Shown here: positions 23,063 through 24,000 of the stretch, piece after piece
Layout: each line of letters starts with the position of its first letter
How positions within the stretch are numbered: the stretch's first letter is position 1
NCBI GenBank assembly: GCA_035559775.1
Contig: DATMAU010000063.1
Coordinates: 31,489 to 55,488 of the forward strand
Direction of reading: 5' to 3'
DNA: 24,000 nt
DNA from: Sulfolobales archaeon
Lineage (GTDB): Archaea > Thermoproteota > Thermoprotei_A > Sulfolobales > AG1
Made by a program: the position numbers and the translations under genes
Notes under the pieces: generated by a model
Seen by the model: the letters and a program-made list of their open reading frames with translations, nothing else
Databases searched by the model: none
What the model was told of the DNA's origin: nothing

Positions 23063-24000
23063 TGAGCACGAGCACTACTGTGGAAAAGGATCTCGGGGAA
23101 TTAATAGCTAGTGGCAAGCTTATATATGATTATGAAAGAGGAGAGATCATAGATCCGGAGACAGGGCTCGTGATCGAGGAGGGCTTAATATCGCAGGCTA
23201 GAGAGTGGAGGGAATATAGTCCTGAGGATAGGTTCAATAGATCCAGGATAGGTCCCCAGATAACCTTCAAGGTCCACGATGGAGGTTTAACAAGCTATAT
23301 AGATCCTAGGGGGAGTACGGGTAAGAAGCTCAACAAGCTTCAAACAAGCACAAGGAGGCCGAGGGATCATAGGGTTAGGAAAGAGATAGATGCTAAGATG
23401 ATCATGAACGATACGATAGCTAAAATGGGGTTACCGAGTGTAGTAGCAGAGACTGTGGGGATGCTTATCAAAGAGGCTGCTAAGAACAATCTACTTAGAA
23501 AGAACATGATCGCATCAGCCGTCGGAGCCATGATTATAGAGGTTTGTAGAACTTACGGTATACCAATAGATATAAAAAAGCTTAGAGAGACGCTTAGCCT
23601 TAGTGAGAGAGATATACACAACGCTACTAAGAGACTAGCATGGGCAGGGGTGTTTAACGACCTTAAGAAGAAGCTTAGGGAGAGGAGCGATCCTAGAGGA
23701 TCTGCACCGCTGACCCCAGCAAGCTATATACCTAAGATCTCTGGCTCTGTTGGTCTTTCAGACGATATAGTTGTCCTGTCAAAGAGGATCATAGATCTCA
23801 TGGTTAAGTATGAGCCTACATCGACCTCGGGAAAGAACCCCGAAGGAACAGCTGCAGCGGCAGTGTATCTAGCATCTATATTGCTAGAGAATAAAAAGCC
23901 ACAGAAGAGCATAGCCGAAGCCCTAGGGATCTCTGAGGTGACTATAAGGAATAGGTATAGAGATATCATAGACAACCTAGATATAATAGTATATATATGA
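23059..24000 (+). CDS. tfb: Transcription initiation factor TFB (TFIIB homologue) with a cysteine-less N-terminal ribbon region
   Basis: 313 aa, with the stop codon at 23998-24000. The B-reader/linker is AREWREY, RSRIGPQITFKVHDGGLTSYI. Two cyclin-fold repeats follow (MGLPSVVAETVGMLIKEAAKNNLLRK...; GLSDDIVVLSKRIIDLM...GKNPEGTAAAAVYLASIL...IAEALGISEVTIRNRYRDI). The ribbon-equivalent segment has no Cys or His. Confidence 0.9.
   Translation: MMSTSTTVEKDLGELIASGKLIYDYERGEIIDPETGLVIEEGLISQAREWREYSPEDRFNRSRIGPQITFKVHDGGLTSYIDPRGSTGKKLNKLQTSTRRPRDHRVRKEIDAKMIMNDTIAKMGLPSVVAETVGMLIKEAAKNNLLRKNMIASAVGAMIIEVCRTYGIPIDIKKLRETLSLSERDIHNATKRLAWAGVFNDLKKKLRERSDPRGSAPLTPASYIPKISGSVGLSDDIVVLSKRIIDLMVKYEPTSTSGKNPEGTAAAAVYLASILLENKKPQKSIAEALGISEVTIRNRYRDIIDNLDIIVYI

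Noticed and set aside
23724-23975. ORF 23724-23975 (-)
   Set aside because: It is antisense to the second cyclin fold of TFB.
1-24000. Search by eye for CRISPR arrays, IS elements or transposases, integrases, toxin-antitoxin pairs and restriction-modification genes
   Set aside because: I saw no regularly spaced direct repeats, no terminal inverted repeats flanking a transposase-like ORF, and no recognisable defence-gene motifs. The window reads as core genome rather than an accessory island.

Overview
This window reads as a densely coded core-chromosome segment of a hyperthermophilic crenarchaeote (Thermoprotei-like). That assignment is my inference from the gene set: aIF5B, SecE-Spt5, Gar1-TFB, deoxyhypusine synthase, an NFACT/Rqc2 homologue and uS19. 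It also fits the A/T-rich TATA boxes that sit about 20-30 nt upstream of many start codons, which implies leaderless or very short-leader mRNAs. I support 22 protein genes. One of them, secE at 7360-7533, is too short to appear in the ORF track. By eye I found no rRNA, tRNA, CRISPR array, transposase or integrase. Most of the content is housekeeping, not an accessory island. Six items deserve a second look. (1) A RavA/MoxR-like AAA+ ATPase and a ViaA-like vWA protein form an operon (18.9-21.4 kb) with no recognisable client, and the ATPase's conserved N-terminus lies upstream of its first ATG in a frame with no canonical start codon. (2) An 840-nt gene-free interval (4468-5307) holds a G+C-rich, hairpin-dense block (about 4855-5100), followed by RNase P-like CR-I and CR-IV-like motifs joined by a 15-bp long-range helix. 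I could not classify this as a known RNA by eye. (3) The TFB in the conserved gar1-tfb arrangement has no Cys or His where the zinc ribbon should be. (4) Deoxyhypusine synthase overlaps a downstream amino-methyltransferase-type gene. (5) An 11-bp perfect inverted repeat lies upstream of gar1. (6) The tetranucleotide GATC is clearly over-represented. All functional calls come from motif recognition by eye and no database search was run.
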